64,000 bases of DNA, taken from positions 24,180,001 to 24,244,000 of the forward strand of contig OZ024745.1 of the NCBI GenBank assembly GCA_964016885.1, written 5' to 3'. The DNA comes from Eledone cirrhosa. Lineage: Eukaryota. Shown here piece after piece: positions 1 through 17,871 of the stretch. Position 1 is the first letter of the stretch, and every line of letters starts with the position of its first letter. The notes under the pieces were generated by a model, which was not told the origin of the DNA, searched no databases, and was given only the letters and a program-made list of their open reading frames with translations. The position numbers and the translations under genes were made by a program.

Positions 1-73
1 AGAACAAGTAAAATTCAATCAATTATTTAAAATACATTAAAAAATACAATATAAATATTTACCTCTCCTAGTG

Positions 74-155
74 GCCCTTACTGATCAGTTTCGCTTTGTA
101 AAACCTCATAAATCCGATGGATTTCTGATGGAAAACCAAAGCTCATCAGAGAAGC
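74..155 (-). ncRNA. Type I hammerhead ribozyme in a non-autonomous PLE-derived unit (unit ~1-545)
   Basis: Minus strand reads CTGATGA-gctttg...caaagc-GAAA-ctgatcag-TA: stem II, palindromic stem III, GUA site; stem I weak. Positions 1-60 repeat at 489-545 (period ~488). Confidence 0.75.
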
Positions 156-535
156 ATTTTCCTTTCCTAGGGCTAAACGTCCCAGGAACGACAAAATATA
201 TGACCTCCTGCCAGCAAATAAAGGTTTGAAAGGTCGTAAAAGTGACCCGTATGTAAACTGCACCGAAGTAAAAGCGGGAAAATCAAAGACTTGCTGTCTA
301 CAATTACTACTAAAAAAAAATAGCAGCTAAATAGAACAACAGATTTGTTCTCAACATAACGGAAATAATGAATGAAGTTAATATGTCCAAGGATACTAGG
401 TACCCCTAGAAATACATAGGTTGTCTATGATTCAAGGTTGTTCAATGGTATTAATTTGATACACCAGAACTTTAATATTAAGTTAAGCAGAACAAGTAAA
501 ATACAATCAATTTTTAAAAATACATTAAAAATATA

Positions 536-570
<35 letters not shown>

Positions 571-949
571 CGCACACATACACACATTCACAATTATGTA
601 TATATATACACACACATACATAAACATATACACACATACATACACGTACACATACAGGGAAATATACACACACATAACATATACACACATATACATGAGA
701 AAAAATACATACAACCACATGCACACATATATATATAAATAATTACTTATATATAAAAATATACATACATACACACATACGCATATGTACACATACATAT
801 GCAGGCACATACATACACATAAATAAAATATATATATAAAAGAAGTCGAAATGTTTATAACTGATTTAGAGCACTTAACAAGTTCGTGGAGTAAAATGAT
901 ATTAAATATTTAATATCTTTCTATATAATTGTATATATATATAAATATA

Positions 950-1721
<772 letters not shown>

Positions 1722-1774
1722 TACATCAAGTTACATCACCACATAATATAAAAATACACACACACACATATATA

Positions 1775-1873
<99 letters not shown>

Positions 1874-1992
1874 GTACATATAAATAAATATACATACTCA
1901 CACAAACATATAAACAAAGACGTGCATATTCACGCAAAATAAATACACACGCACATAAGCACACACACATATATATATATATACATATATAT

Positions 1993-2792
<800 letters not shown>

Positions 2793-3014
2793 ATACATAT
2801 ATACACATACATTCATACACATATATACATATACATACATACACACAGGAACAAATATCTATATATAAAAGTGGTAAATATATGAGGAGAGGAGGGAGAA
2901 AAAGAATATGTGGGTACAGAATGTGAGTTCAGAGAGTAATAATAATCGTAGTGGATGTAAGTTGTAATGAGTAAAGAAGAAGTTCAAGGTGGTTGAGTCA
3001 TCATAGGAATGACA

Positions 3015-3310
3015 ACCCAGTTACAAAGGAGATGTGATTTCAGATGAGGACAACATCTGAAGATCTCGGTCTTGGAGTTAAGGCAAGTGGAAGTGGCTTT
3101 CAAATTTTGGAGAAATCTAAATTTTTCCGTGGTGCACAAAGAACAATTCTTTGTGCCCTTTTGGTATTCTCTTGAATGGTCTAAAATAGACCAATCGATA
3201 GCGTACGGGATATTTTATTTGCGAGAGCCGTTGCTGTTCTTTTATCAGAGTGTTTAAAAGAAGCGACATGCGCATAAAACCTGGTTTTGAACCTGTCCTG
3301 AGTCATGCCA
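3015..3310 (-). pseudogene. PLE (Naiad-like) GIY-YIG endonuclease C-terminal fragment
   Basis: Manual translation GMTQDRFKTRFYAH...TATALA / IPYAIDWSILDHSREY..NCSLCTTE...LNSKTEIFRCCPH aligns with the C-terminus of the 53009-54529 ORF. Confidence 0.8.
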
Positions 3311-3354
3311 TATATATGTATATATGCATGTATATATATACTTGCATGTATATG

Positions 3355-3424
<70 letters not shown>

Positions 3425-3730
3425 ATTCACAAGAATCCAAGCTATGTTCAAAGCATTTATTCACTTACAATTGTTTCATCTAAACCTAGGCTTGGAGTCT
3501 TCGGAGCATTTTTCAATGTTTGTACACATAATTGACCTCCTTTCCAACGCAAGAGACATACAGATACATATGTATATATCGATGTACAGTGGAGTTACAT
3601 ATATTATATTATTTATCTTACTGGTAATAAGGTAGTAATAAATTACTGACCTTCACTGTTTCGGGTTTAAAATATATATAACTATAACAAGTTTTAGTAT
3701 ATACATAACCATAAATAGTATCCATAATAT

Positions 3731-3761
<31 letters not shown>

Positions 3762-4056
3762 AAAGTCTTCTACAGAACTAGAACTGTTTCATTCGGGAGA
3801 AATCATCGTATGTTTATATATTTATTGCTTTGAGGTATCTCAAGCAACAAGTTGATAGGTATGGTGGGTTGTGTAGAGGTTGTATTTGCGCGTAGTGTTA
3901 CGTAATTGAGGATGAAGGATAAACTAGACGTGGGAGGAGAGAGCTGTACCACGTCTAACTTGAAAAGGCTTCTACAGGACTAGAACTGTTTCATTCGGCA
4001 GAAATCATCAGGATATATCTATATCTATATATATATGCATACATACACACACACAT

Positions 4057-4135
<79 letters not shown>

Positions 4136-4154
4136 CATACACACAGGCACACAG

Positions 4155-4225
<71 letters not shown>

Positions 4226-4408
4226 CAAAGAGGGTGTGGTAAGATACCGGGTGGTCCAATATAGATCTAGCTGTCGAAATGGCCGGAGCTCAGCCGTTGG
4301 GGCCCTGAATCTTTTCATATATATATATGTATTCATTGGAATCTTGGAGCTTATTCTGCAGTGGATATGGTGCATGTCTCTCAGACATGACACCCTTAAT
4401 TTAATTTT

Positions 4409-4453
<45 letters not shown>

Positions 4454-4873
4454 TTGTAGAGCTAACTCAGTTGAATGGACTCGGCTGCTATTTCTAGCTG
4501 CGGATAATCCTATTCACGCTACTGGGATGACGCTGTGCGATGTGTGTATTTTTTTAAAAATGCAACACGTGGTACGAGTCATTCACAGATTTGCATTTGC
4601 TGTGTAAACACAGATAGTTGGATCTTCTCCTTTGGTGACCATCCAGGACTTGACCGCTGTGATTTACCGATTAATTGGTGAAATATATTTTTAATTTAAA
4701 GAAATATATACAAAGGAGATTAATCATTCTAAAATGTATCTATATTTGAAGTTCTAGTTAAACTTTAATTAGTTACCTACCTAGCTATGTGTGCTTACAC
4801 ACTTTACAAATTATTCCCAGTGGTGACAGTCAAGTTTGCAATTTTCTGAAAACTTGACTGTCACCACTGAATA

Positions 4874-4912
4874 TGAACCTGAAGATTGCGAAAGCATGAA
4901 AGTACTTGTTCA
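4874..4912 (+). ncRNA. Minimal type I hammerhead ribozyme
   Basis: tgaac-CTGAAGA-t-tgc-gaaa-gca-t-GAAA-gtac-TT-gttca; palindromic GTAC loop; 20-bp hairpin just upstream (4818-4869). Confidence 0.75.
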
Positions 4913-5025
4913 ATTAAAATTTAACATTTAATATTCTACCATACTATTTCATTATAATATCATTATAATTTTAAAGGATTGTAAATAAAACGAGTAAATG
5001 AGACAAAGTTGGAATTCCTTTTATT

Positions 5026-5090
<65 letters not shown>

Positions 5091-5474
5091 CAAATAGGGA
5101 AAACAATTAAATTAAACAAAATACGGGTAATTCATAGTAAAAGTCATTATTTTACGATCGTTTCTGGGGGGTAGTTCTCCGTATGTTCATTCTATTAGTG
5201 ATCTATGTAAAATATATTACAAATTATCAAAGTAAGAAAATATACATACGTCTTCTCTATCCGCCAGGCGTATGTATATTTTCTTACTTTGATAATTTGA
5301 AATTAAACAAAATGTTTAATTTCATTGTTTTCACTATTTGTATTATTTTGACTCTGCTTCCAATGAATTATATCGTTGAAATTTTGTATTTTAAACTTTG
5401 CTTCAAGACATCTACATACGGATTACATTGAGTTCTTCATACGGCCTGGACCCTACCATTAATTGGTGGATTTA

Positions 5475-6356
<882 letters not shown>

Positions 6357-6365
6357 CATATATAT

Positions 6366-6662
6366 ATATTATAAAGAAAACGAAAAATCAGTGATGCATC
6401 TGGACTTAGTTTATTTTGTGTTACAAATGTTTCGCCGGCATGTAGCTCGAGTCATGGTCCTTGTATGGATCTGGCTGATTCTACTTCTGCGGGTTCTTTC
6501 AGACACGGGTGTTTCGTCCGGAGCAAAAAAAATTGCTCCGGAAGTAGAATCAGCCAGATCCATACAAGGACCATGACTCGAGCTACATGCCGGCGAAACA
6601 TTTGTAACACGAAATAAACTAAGTCCAGATGCATCACTGATTTTTCGTTTTCTTTATAATAT
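6366..6662. mobile_element. Fold-back pLTR fragment with 5'-truncated HHR in the loop
   Basis: Arms ~6366-6488/6541-6662; loop on minus strand reads tccggagcaa..ttgctccgga-c-GAAA-cacccgtg-TC without CTGANGA. Confidence 0.65.
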
Positions 6663-6832
6663 CTACACTCTACTATGATGAATATCGAGTGCTAATTTTG
6701 GCATACCGCCTATGGAAGCACCATAGCTACCTCTATACACAACTATATATATATATATATTTTAAAGTAAACAGGGAACAAAAAACAGAAAATCGAAGAG
6801 GCAGTATAAATGTTTTTATTATTCCCGCCAAG

Positions 6833-7028
6833 GGCGGGGGGATTGGCAGTATCGGTAGAGGGTCGGACGCCATGCTTTGACACATAGAGTTACGGCCCTT
6901 TATTATCTGAGTTCAAATCCCGCCGAGGTTAACTTTGTCTTTCATCCTTACGGGGTCGATAAAATAAAATACCAGTAATGTACTGGGTATTTTCTGGCCT
7001 TGTACCAAAAGTAGAAACAATTATTATT
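6833..7028 (+). mobile_element. tRNA-derived SINE (family 1)
   Basis: A-box TGGCAGTATCGGTAG, B-box GAGTTCAAATCC, central TTTCATCCTTACGGGGTCGATAAAAT, (ATT)n tail; many copies in window. Confidence 0.85.
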
Positions 7029-7513
7029 AGTTTCACGCTTGAGAGTGTGGGGTGGGGGACGACGTTTCGGGCATAATCCTTTCATCAGGAGAAAAGGGGG
7101 TAGGAAGAGAGTTTCGAGGGTATGTGGGGGAGTGGTGTAAAGACATTTAAAAAAAAAGTGATTAAAAAAAAGGCGGGGAGAGAAAAGGGAGGAAAAAAAT
7201 TATATATATACTCATACATACACATATGTGTGTCTGAGAGGGAGAAAATGATAGAAAAATGGACATACATATATTGATAGATAATGGAAATAATCGGTAG
7301 AGATGCTGATAGAGAGTTAGTTAGAGAGTCCTGTATTGTAAACAAATAGATTTCAGTCTGTCTGACTGTCTGCATATCCTCATATCGCTGCTTATAGTCG
7401 CTGGACACTTTAATAGCTGGAGATGTATCGTGATTTGTTATGGTGCGTCAAATATATCTGATAGAGGACTACTGCGTGATGATAACAAGATATGTATATA
7501 TATATATATATAT

Positions 7514-7594
<81 letters not shown>

Positions 7595-8083
7595 TAGATA
7601 GATAGATAGACAGATAAATAGATAGAAAGACAGGCAGATAGATAGATAGATAGATAGTTAGATAGATAGATAGATAGATAGTCTGGAGACCTAGATGTAA
7701 AAAGGCAAATAAATAAATAATAATAAATTTGGGTACACACAAACATATATATATATATATATGTACAAATGCATATATAGATATATGTTTACATATATAC
7801 AGTATATATGTAGGTATATATGTATGTATGTACGCATACATGTATATATGTGCTTGTGTGTGTATGCCCATATATGTATATGACCATATCTATATGTGTA
7901 TGTATGTGTATGTGTATGAGGACATGCGTGTGTGTGTGAGAGAGAGTGAGAGATAAAGAGTGTGTGTGTTAGATGAAAGGAATAGATATATAGATAGACA
8001 GACAGATATATAGGCAGATAAATCCGGTATGCATGGGTTTTGAGTGTGTGTACATCCACGAATGTAAGTATATATATATATAC

Positions 8084-8203
<120 letters not shown>

Positions 8204-8335
8204 CCGCACACACTGAAACGCGATTGTACAAGGATAGATAAAAAAAAATTAAGATAGATTGGCAGATGTCCCTCCCTCCCCCCTCTCTCGCTCTCAGTGT
8301 GCATGTATAAATTTATAAATATATATATATATATA

Positions 8336-8412
<77 letters not shown>

Positions 8413-8524
8413 ATGTATATATATATGTATATTTATATATATATATGTATGTGTGTGTATATATATATATATATATATCTATATATATGTCTGTCTATAT
8501 ATATGCATATATATATATATATAA

Positions 8525-8679
<155 letters not shown>

Positions 8680-8704
8680 TATATATATATAAAACGATAT
8701 ATAT

Positions 8705-8811
<107 letters not shown>

Positions 8812-8867
8812 GTTATATAGCTATATATGTATGTATATATATATAACTATATAACTATATATATATA

Positions 8868-8963
<96 letters not shown>

Positions 8964-9174
8964 CACATATATATATATATAGATATATATATACACATAT
9001 ATATATAACATCTTTCTAATCCCCGATGGAAAACACACGCTTCCAGTATGCCAATAACGAAAAGAAATAATAAAGATAAAATAAACATGACAAAATATCA
9101 TATTGCTAAAAATTCGACTATATGTGTGTGTATATATATATATATATACATAAAAATTTGACTATATGTGTGTG

Positions 9175-9260
<86 letters not shown>

Positions 9261-9497
9261 TAGGTAGATATAGATGTAGATACAAATATAGGTATAGATA
9301 TATATAGATATATGTATGTATATATAATATATATATACATATATATTTATACACACATATGTATGTGTATACGTGTGTGTATGTATGCATAGAGAGAGAA
9401 GAAAGAGGAGAGACGAGAAAGAGAAAAATAGATACATACGTACGTAAATACACATATGCATACAAAGACACACATACACACACATACACACACACAC

Positions 9498-9562
<65 letters not shown>

Positions 9563-9736
9563 TATACATATGTACATACTTATATACGGTGTCTTACATG
9601 ATATATGCCCGAAGAAATATCTGTTCTCCATTCAGACACACGGACGAACATACATACGTTTAAACGCACACACACACAGTGACACACACACGCATACACA
9701 CACACACGCGCGCACGCACACACACACACACACACA

Positions 9737-9852
<116 letters not shown>

Positions 9853-10754
9853 CATACGCACAAATTGTTTGGCAAGATTTATTTCGTAATGATTATCGAT
9901 ATTACGCGATGATTTGTGGGGAGGGGAAATAGAGGCTGACAGATATATGGCTCACAGATCGCGTTATATGGAAAGCCTTGTGAAATATTTAGGTGTACGC
10001 ACATGTGTATATTTGTGTATGTGTGTGTGTGTGTGTGTGTGTGTAGGTGTGTGGATGCAGGCGTGAGATTGTTTTGTATTGATGCTTATTATTTTTCTTC
10101 GTGCTTTTTGTTGACATATATATATATATATATATATTTAAGTGTATATATATGTGTGTATATAAATATTTGTGTATATATATACACACACATGTATGTA
10201 TATATATATATATGCATACATACATACATCTATACATACATATATATACATACATATATACATATATACATATATACATACATATATATACATTTTTATA
10301 CATATACATATTTATATACACACACACACACGCACATACATATATATATATATATATATGGGGGGGGGGGGTGTTAGGATGTTCAGAATTTAATGCAGTA
10401 ACTTAAAACGATATAACAGTCCAGAATAAATTTTATCGATCGAAATATAAACCATTCATATTCACACATTTTTTTGCCAACAAGATATAGGTTTATTTAT
10501 TCCTGTATCGTAGAGTTCTGATGTTCCGTAGGCGATGAATTGTTTGAAGGTATTTTTTGGCGGCTGTTTGTTTGTTAAGACATTTCCTTGCTAGAATTTG
10601 TCGAAATACTTGGAAAAGTGATAGTCGGTTGGTAAAATATCTTGTGATTATACTGGATGAGGTAAACTTGCTTTGCTTAATTTGTTCAACTTCTTTATCG
10701 TTGTGTGTTTGAGCCTTGTTGTGCAAGAAGATTGGATGTTTTCTATTGAGATTG

Positions 10755-10992
10755 CTGAAGCATGCTCAAGATTTCTGTAGCAGACTTCCCAGGTTGAGCG
10801 TTGAACTTCCTGTTCAAGAGAAAATCGCAGGCTACACTATACAGATGATCACAAAAATACAAATTTCACAACTTGTAAAGTGAACTCAGCACATGAGGGT
10901 CACTGCTAGCTCTCACTGCGCATGCAATCTTGTGTTGCCATTTGTTGGAGTGCTCCAGAACTAGTCCGGAAACGTTTTGATACCACCTCGTA
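10755..10992 (-). mobile_element. Mariner 5' end remnant
   Basis: TA-CGAGGTGGTATCAAAA..TTTCCGGACT TIR-like start and LGKSATEILSMLQQ HTH fragment. Confidence 0.6.
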
Positions 10993-11650
10993 TCATACAA
11001 TTTTTCATGCACTTCATCGATTCCGTGAAAATACTTCTCTGTTGTGATTGTTTCGCCAAGATTTAGAAAATTGTAGTGGATTATCCGGTTGAGTACCACC
11101 CAACAACTACAATAACCTTCTTTTGGTTCTTTTAGGAGCTTCATTTCGATCTACCCACTATGCTGAACAAGGTCGGCTTTTGTACAGCATCGCTTTTTCT
11201 TCGTACGTCAGAATGCAATCAAGAAATATATTGCTTTTGTTGCGCAAAAGAAGCGAAAAGCAGACAACATAATGGCGATGTTTCAATTCGGTTTAAATAT
11301 TCAGAAATTGTTCAAATGCTTACATCTTAGTCTTCTGCGAGCTCTCAAGTGTTGTGCGAGGATTTACTTCTACCAAAGCCTTCGATTCGTTGTCGTCAAT
11401 AACAGAAGGACATCCGCAACCTTCCTTATCTTCAAGAGTGAATTCACCACGACTGAATGTTTTAAAGAAACATTGCCTTGTGTATTCCTTAATATTTCCT
11501 TGGCCCCAATCATCATTGATGTTTCTAGTCGTTTCAGAGGCCAAGTTTATTCTGATAGAAATAAATTTGGCGAAAACTTGTTTTTACATTTTAATTCAAA
11601 GAGCTGACAGTTGAGAAAAATGTTGTTCATGCTGAAAATGAATTGCATCC
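10993..11650 (-). pseudogene. Degenerate mariner transposase (Hsmar1-like)
   Basis: ORF pieces ASETTRNIND..FSRGEFTLEDKEGCGCPSVIDD and IIHYNFLNLGETITTEKY. Confidence 0.8.
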
Positions 11651-11729
11651 AAAGAGCCTTAATATTTATGGATATTCATACACATATACATACTTATATA
11701 TATACACACATACACGCAAACAGACACAC

Positions 11730-11811
<82 letters not shown>

Positions 11812-11898
11812 CAATAATAAATGTGAAGACTAAATCAGAAGAGGGTTCGATAAGGATTATATATATATAAAATATATATAAACCTGTAGAACAAATAT

Positions 11899-12030
11899 TT
11901 ATTATAAGAACAGATTAAAGTTTAAGCAAAGAATCGGTGCTTTCACCCTTAACTGGATCTTCAGAAGATCTCGTTAAGGGTGAAAACAGCGATTCTTTGC
12001 TTAAACTTTAATCTGCTCTTATAATATTAA
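11899..12030. repeat. Fold-back inverted repeat centred on a degenerate HHR core
   Basis: ~55 bp arms; centre reads CTGAAGA-tcc..ggg-t-GAAA on minus strand. Confidence 0.55.
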
Positions 12031-12053
12031 TATATATATACATATATACACAC

Positions 12054-12085
<32 letters not shown>

Positions 12086-12086
<1 letters not shown>

Positions 12087-13108
12087 AATATATTACACAA
12101 AGAGACGTGTGTTACACAGTGAGATGTGTGAAAAGAATTATTACAAGTGAGTTTTACCGTTACTGTATAGAGAACAATATCTACAGGTTTAGCAATTAAA
12201 TAGAAAAAAAACTAAGTCAGAATCAAATCTCTGAAGTAGAGTTTTAAATTACCAACCTTATAACTATAAGTTTGCTGATACGAATCTAGTTCGTTTCACC
12301 ACAGAAATGTGCAGTTTAACAGCCCACAGGATCCTCGTTAGTTTTTTTCTATTTAATTGCTAAGCCTGTAGATATTGTTCTCTATACAGTAACGGTAAAA
12401 CTCACTTGTAATAATTCTTTACACACATCTCACTGTGTAACACACTTCTCTTTGTGTAATATATTTCTATTTGAGTTCTGAAGAAAATTCTCTATTCATC
12501 TTTGAGCTAATATTATTATTATTACTGTGAACTGCGGAATACTCTTAATTCCGATCCTCGTATACTTAACGAGCTGCAAATTGTTGAGCTAATAAATTCG
12601 AATGGTTGGGCTGCTCTCTCTAGCATTTTCCCCAATCTATGAGAGCCGTTATTTGATGCAAATAACACGTGATTTCGCCCTACTCTGGGCAACGTGTATA
12701 TTAGCTTTCTCTCTATCCATGAGGTTAGATGTGTCGTGAACAGAATCCACATTTGCTGACTGAGGATCCTGTGGGCTGTTAAACTGCACATTTATGTGGT
12801 GAAACGAACTAGATTCGTATCAGCAAATTTATAGTTATAAGGTTGGTAATTTAAAACTCTACTTCAGAGATTTGGTTCTCACTTAGTTTTTTCTATTTAA
12901 TTGCTAAACCTGTAGATATTGTTCTCTATACAGTAACGGTAAAACTCACTTGTAATAATTCTTTACACACATCTCACTGTGTAACACACTTCGCTTTGTG
13001 TAATATATTTGTATTTGAGCTCAGAAGAAAATTCTCTATTCTTCTTTGAGCTAATATTATTATTATTATTACAGTGAACTGCGGAAAATACTCTTAATTC
13101 CGATCCTC

Positions 13109-13112
<4 letters not shown>
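12086..13112 (+). mobile_element. Retrozyme-like non-autonomous PLE derivative, ~545-nt unit
   Basis: Inverted copy 12086-12336; direct repeat ~12338-12563 and ~12883-13112; (TA)n flanks. Confidence 0.8.
12751..12828 (+). ncRNA. Type I hammerhead ribozyme
   Basis: atttgctga-CTGAGGA-...-GAAA-cgaa-ctaga-ttcg-TA-tcagcaaat; 9-bp stem I, 4-bp-plus stem III. Confidence 0.9.
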
Positions 13113-13158
<46 letters not shown>

Positions 13159-13415
13159 CTACCAGATCAAAGGTACAGTTGTCAGCAATGTGAATAAAGC
13201 CCTTATTGTATAGCCAACCATGTCACTCTTCTTTCTTGAAGAATTATTACTCCAAGTATAAAGTACATAGAAATCACCGCGAACTCGCAGAATCACTATG
13301 GAAACGTCTTGTTGATTCAAACTAAGCCATACGTTAATACCATACACTACACGAACTACTCGAACTGGACTACATCTAAGTGGACTGCTTATAACGATAA
13401 CCTGTTATCCCGTCC

Positions 13416-13513
<98 letters not shown>

Positions 13514-13621
13514 TATTATTGGTAATAAGGTAGTAATAAATTACTGACCTTCACTGTTTAAGGTTTAAAATATACATAACTATAAAAAGTTTTAGTATAT
13601 ACATAACCATAAATAGTATCC

Positions 13622-13706
<85 letters not shown>

Positions 13707-13789
13707 GGAGGTGAGTTTTATTGTAGTACAATAAAGCAATGCAGATATCGGATAAGAAGCACTCTACAGTTTGTGGGACTGGAGTATGC

Positions 13790-14134
13790 ATAATATAAGA
13801 TCAAAAGATGGTTAAAGGAGTTCAATATATTTTATTATGCGCATTTCAAAAACAAACATCATCAAACAATAATATTTGTGTTTTCATCAGATAAAACAGG
13901 AGAACATGATATGAAGGCTAAAAAAACACTTGTTGATAGTGCAGTTTGATAGTGCAGTTTTAAATCAACATATATGTTGATTTAAAACTGCACTATCAAC
14001 AAGTGTTTTTTTAGCCTTCATATCATGTTCTCCTGTTTTATCTGATGAAAACACAAATATTATTGTTTGATGATGTTTGTTTTTGAAATGCGCATAATAA
14101 AATATATTGAACTCCTTTAACCATCTTTTGATCT

Positions 14135-14140
<6 letters not shown>
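13790..14140. mobile_element. Near-perfect palindromic pLTR pair with an HHR on each arm
   Basis: Palindrome centred near 13973; + arm tgttttat-CTGATGA-long stem II-GAAA-tgcgca-TA-ataaaata (14034-14105). Single-arm copy at 37211-37395. Confidence 0.8.
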
Positions 14141-14205
<65 letters not shown>

Positions 14206-14210
<5 letters not shown>

Positions 14211-16637
14211 CTTTATTTGCCACAAGGGCGCACAAGAAAAGGGGACAATATAAAGACATGCCGGGGATTTTACATACAGTCGTGTAAAAAATATAAAAAC
14301 AAACAATTACAACAATCAAAATCCTTAATAGGGGGGAAGCGCCACAAATGGGTTGTTTAATACCCCGTTGATAGAACAACGCTCAACTCCAGGAGCGTGT
14401 TGTGCAGGCGCACTTTCTTCCTTTTTCTCTCTTCTTCAACCTACAGGCTTATAAACAGAGAAGGCCCAATCATTCGGGCCATTTTCGCTTCATTCACCCA
14501 CCTTTCAGTAAATTTACTGGGGTGCAGTGCCTCTCTCTCCACTCTGATTCTCCTTCTAAAGTGAAACTTAAAGAAGGGAATCAATTGTTGTCTGGAGAGT
14601 AAGGCATCTGTCCTCAGTCCTCTCAATCTCGTCCATCATATAACTTCTTTCACCATAGACACCGTACAGAGGAAAACCGCCTCTCTTTCGTTTTTGAAAG
14701 AGGCTGGCGGTTTGATCCTTACTATGGACTCGGCAGTCAACTGGATTTGTCCCATACGCGACAGCAGTTGTTCTACATAGTTCCACAGGTCTGTTACGCC
14801 CGGGCAGTGTACAATTGCGTGCAGGACTGTTTCAATGTCCTGCGCGCATCTTGGACACGTCCTCTTGGAAGGATCCCTGCCGGGGCGTCGGTGCCTGTAA
14901 ATCTTGTCACGAATCGGTAGAGCTCCTCGGTAGCACTGCCAAGCCATGGACCTATGGAAGTTGTCCATAGGTCCCGGGCGGAAAGTCCTAGCATACAGAC
15001 TGGTGAGCTCATCGTTGGTGTTGGTGATTGGAGTTTTGAGGGTTTGTGGTGTCTCTTTTTTTGTTTTTTAGATTTCCGCGACTCTCCCTCTTTTTCACTT
15101 AAAGAAGAAGCAGCTTCATCTGTCGATAAATAATCATCGTCAGGAGTGTGGGGTAGGTGTATGTTGTGTGGTGGTGGTGTTTCGGTGTGTGTGTTTGTGG
15201 TAGTGGTTGTTGGAGTGGGATGGGATGGGGCTGTGTTCTTCAGGGGTGTTGTCTTTGTTTTTTCTGTTGTTGTTGGTTGAGTGGCTGTTTGTTTTGGTGT
15301 GGTTGCTCGTTTCGTCTGTCGTTGTACTTGTGATGGTGGTGGTTGTTTTGGTGTTGGTGTTGGTAATAGTGTTTTTTTAATGATGTTGTTGTGGTGTGTT
15401 TGTGAAGGACAAGAGACTTTTAGGTGTGCTGTGCTGCCACAGCGAAAGCAATGAAATGTTCGTCCTTCTACCGAAATGTTCATTTTGTTGTTATTATCGA
15501 TGACGACTCTTTCGTGTATTTTGGAGATTCTCCAGAATCTCCAAATCAGTACCCGCCAACCTTTGTCGAATAGACTTTCGTATCGAAAGAATCATATCAG
15601 TTTTTGACTCTACGAAGCCAGCTAAGATCCACCAGATGTTAATGTTTGGTGGTATATTTATATTTTTATTTTTTGTGTCCTTTTTCCCATGTATGTAGGG
15701 AAAAAGGTGAATGCTTTTGACGCTATCGGTGTCACAGAATGTTTTGGGGTGAGTGCCTCGCTTTTAAACAGTACGGAAACACTTCCGTACTGTTTTCCTC
15801 GTTGGAGAAATTCGATATTTGTTAGAATTTCTTTCAAGGTATTTTCTATATCTCCTTGACTAACAAATATCGGCTTTCTCGTGGTATTGGACACAGTCCT
15901 AAAGGTCACAGTCCTCCGAACTGTGTCTACTTTTATTTCAAGGGGTGAGTTAATTCTAAACCCAACCTTCTGTTCGAAAGTTACAAATTTTCTCCCTTGC
16001 GGGAGCATATCTCTTGCGTTGGAGATGTCAAGATTTATAAAATCTTGTTTTTTGTTCACTGTTTCAGCGAAAGACATTTTTTTTTTGTGTGGTATTGCTG
16101 TTGTTGTTGTTGTTATCGTTGTTAGCCTCGGTGTTGGAAATCTCAGTTCCTTGACGAGGTGAAACTTTGTGTGTAGATGTATCTGTGGAGTTGTTGATGT
16201 TGTTTTTTCATGTGTATGTATATTAATGGGTTTAATTCCTGTGTTTTCATTTTTTTCTGCTTCGACGGTAGAAATTGTACACTCTTCAAGTGGCAATATT
16301 TTTTTCCCTTTGTTAACAGTCGTATCTATGGCGACGTCCATAGTAGAAGAAGCAGATATAACGTTAAAATCTGCCTCTTTCTCTCTCTTTTCTCTGTCGA
16401 CGTTCTCCAGCGTTCTTGTCGTGTTATTCATGTTTTATAGTTGGCAAAATTTGATATTTTAAAACAATTTTAACTTAAATTTTCGCCCCTAAAGGGGCAA
16501 AAAATGGGATTACCATTCAGCTGACAATTCAGCTTGGGGGTTAATCTACAAAATAATATGTTTTTTCAAACAATTTGTTCTGTTTTTCGTATATAAATTT
16601 ACAAAAAATCTTACCGGCGATGTTCCACGCGTCAGGC
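14206..16637 (-). mobile_element. Internally deleted Tx1/L1-clade LINE (5'UTR + ORF1 + ORF2 3' end)
   Basis: ORF1 pieces 15658-16431 and 15483 down to ~15010 with zinc knuckle CFRCGSTAHLKVSC; 14206-15008 highly similar to 26548-27351; ends AATAAAGAAAT then (CT)n. Confidence 0.8.
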
Positions 16638-17871
16638 AGATAGAGAGATAGATAGATAGATAGATAGATAGTAATAATTGTTTCTACTTTTGGCACAAGG
16701 CCAGAAATCACCCAGTACATTACTGGTACTTTATTTTATCAACCCCGTAAGGATGAAATAATAATAATAAATGCAAAGACTAAAATCCAAAGAGAGTTCG
16801 ATAAGGTTAAATGTATATCAAATATACAAGAACCCTAGAATAAATATATATAAATGTATATCAAATATATAAGAACCCTAGAATAAATATATGTATATGT
16901 AATTCTCTATTTTCCTGGACTTTTCCGACGGAATTACTTCATTTATATATATATATATATATAATGTTGATTTGATTGCTTTTTTAAAGCCAGCCCAATA
17001 CAAACGGACATCTAATCATATCGAAACGTGTTGGTAGCTTTCACCGGTTCACTTTAAAAATCAAGATCTACTTCCAACAGCATTGTCGCTATTTTCCCTA
17101 AAATTTATTAGCTGATAGAAATAGGGTTGCCTTCCTAGTTTACAATTTTTAGATTTTAAACATACGTAGTGGGAAGTATATTTCCTCTGAATTGCAATGA
17201 AAATCTTAGATAATCGAAACTAGACTGAACATACTACATGACCGTATATATATTTAGTTTTCAGAACGTTCCTCTGGGGAATTTTCACTAAATTTTATTG
17301 ATTATAGAATATATCTAATATATAGGATGATGGGCAAAATGATGAAGCGAGTGATACATACGTACATACTTATATACATATATATACATATATATATATA
17401 TATGTGGGGGGGGGGGGTGTATACATACATGCATATATATATATATATCTATGCATGTATGTATACATACATACACGCACATATGCATACATAAATACAT
17501 ACATACATATATATATACATACGTACGTACGTACGTACGTACGTACATACATGCATGCATGCAGACATATATGCATATATACATACATGCATACATACAT
17601 AAATACATACATACTTACATACATTCATAAATACATGCTTGCATGTGTTCATATATACACACATACATGCGTACATACATACATATATACATACATACGT
17701 ACATACATACGTACATATTGTGAAACCCTTTTTATAGAAATAGTTACAGGAATGAAAAGATTAAAAAGACATACGAAAAATAAAAAAATAATAATTGGAA
17801 ATAAATATAGAGAAAATATTACTACTGGAAGGAAAATGCGAAGAACTGTGGCAAATAATGACTGGGAATAA

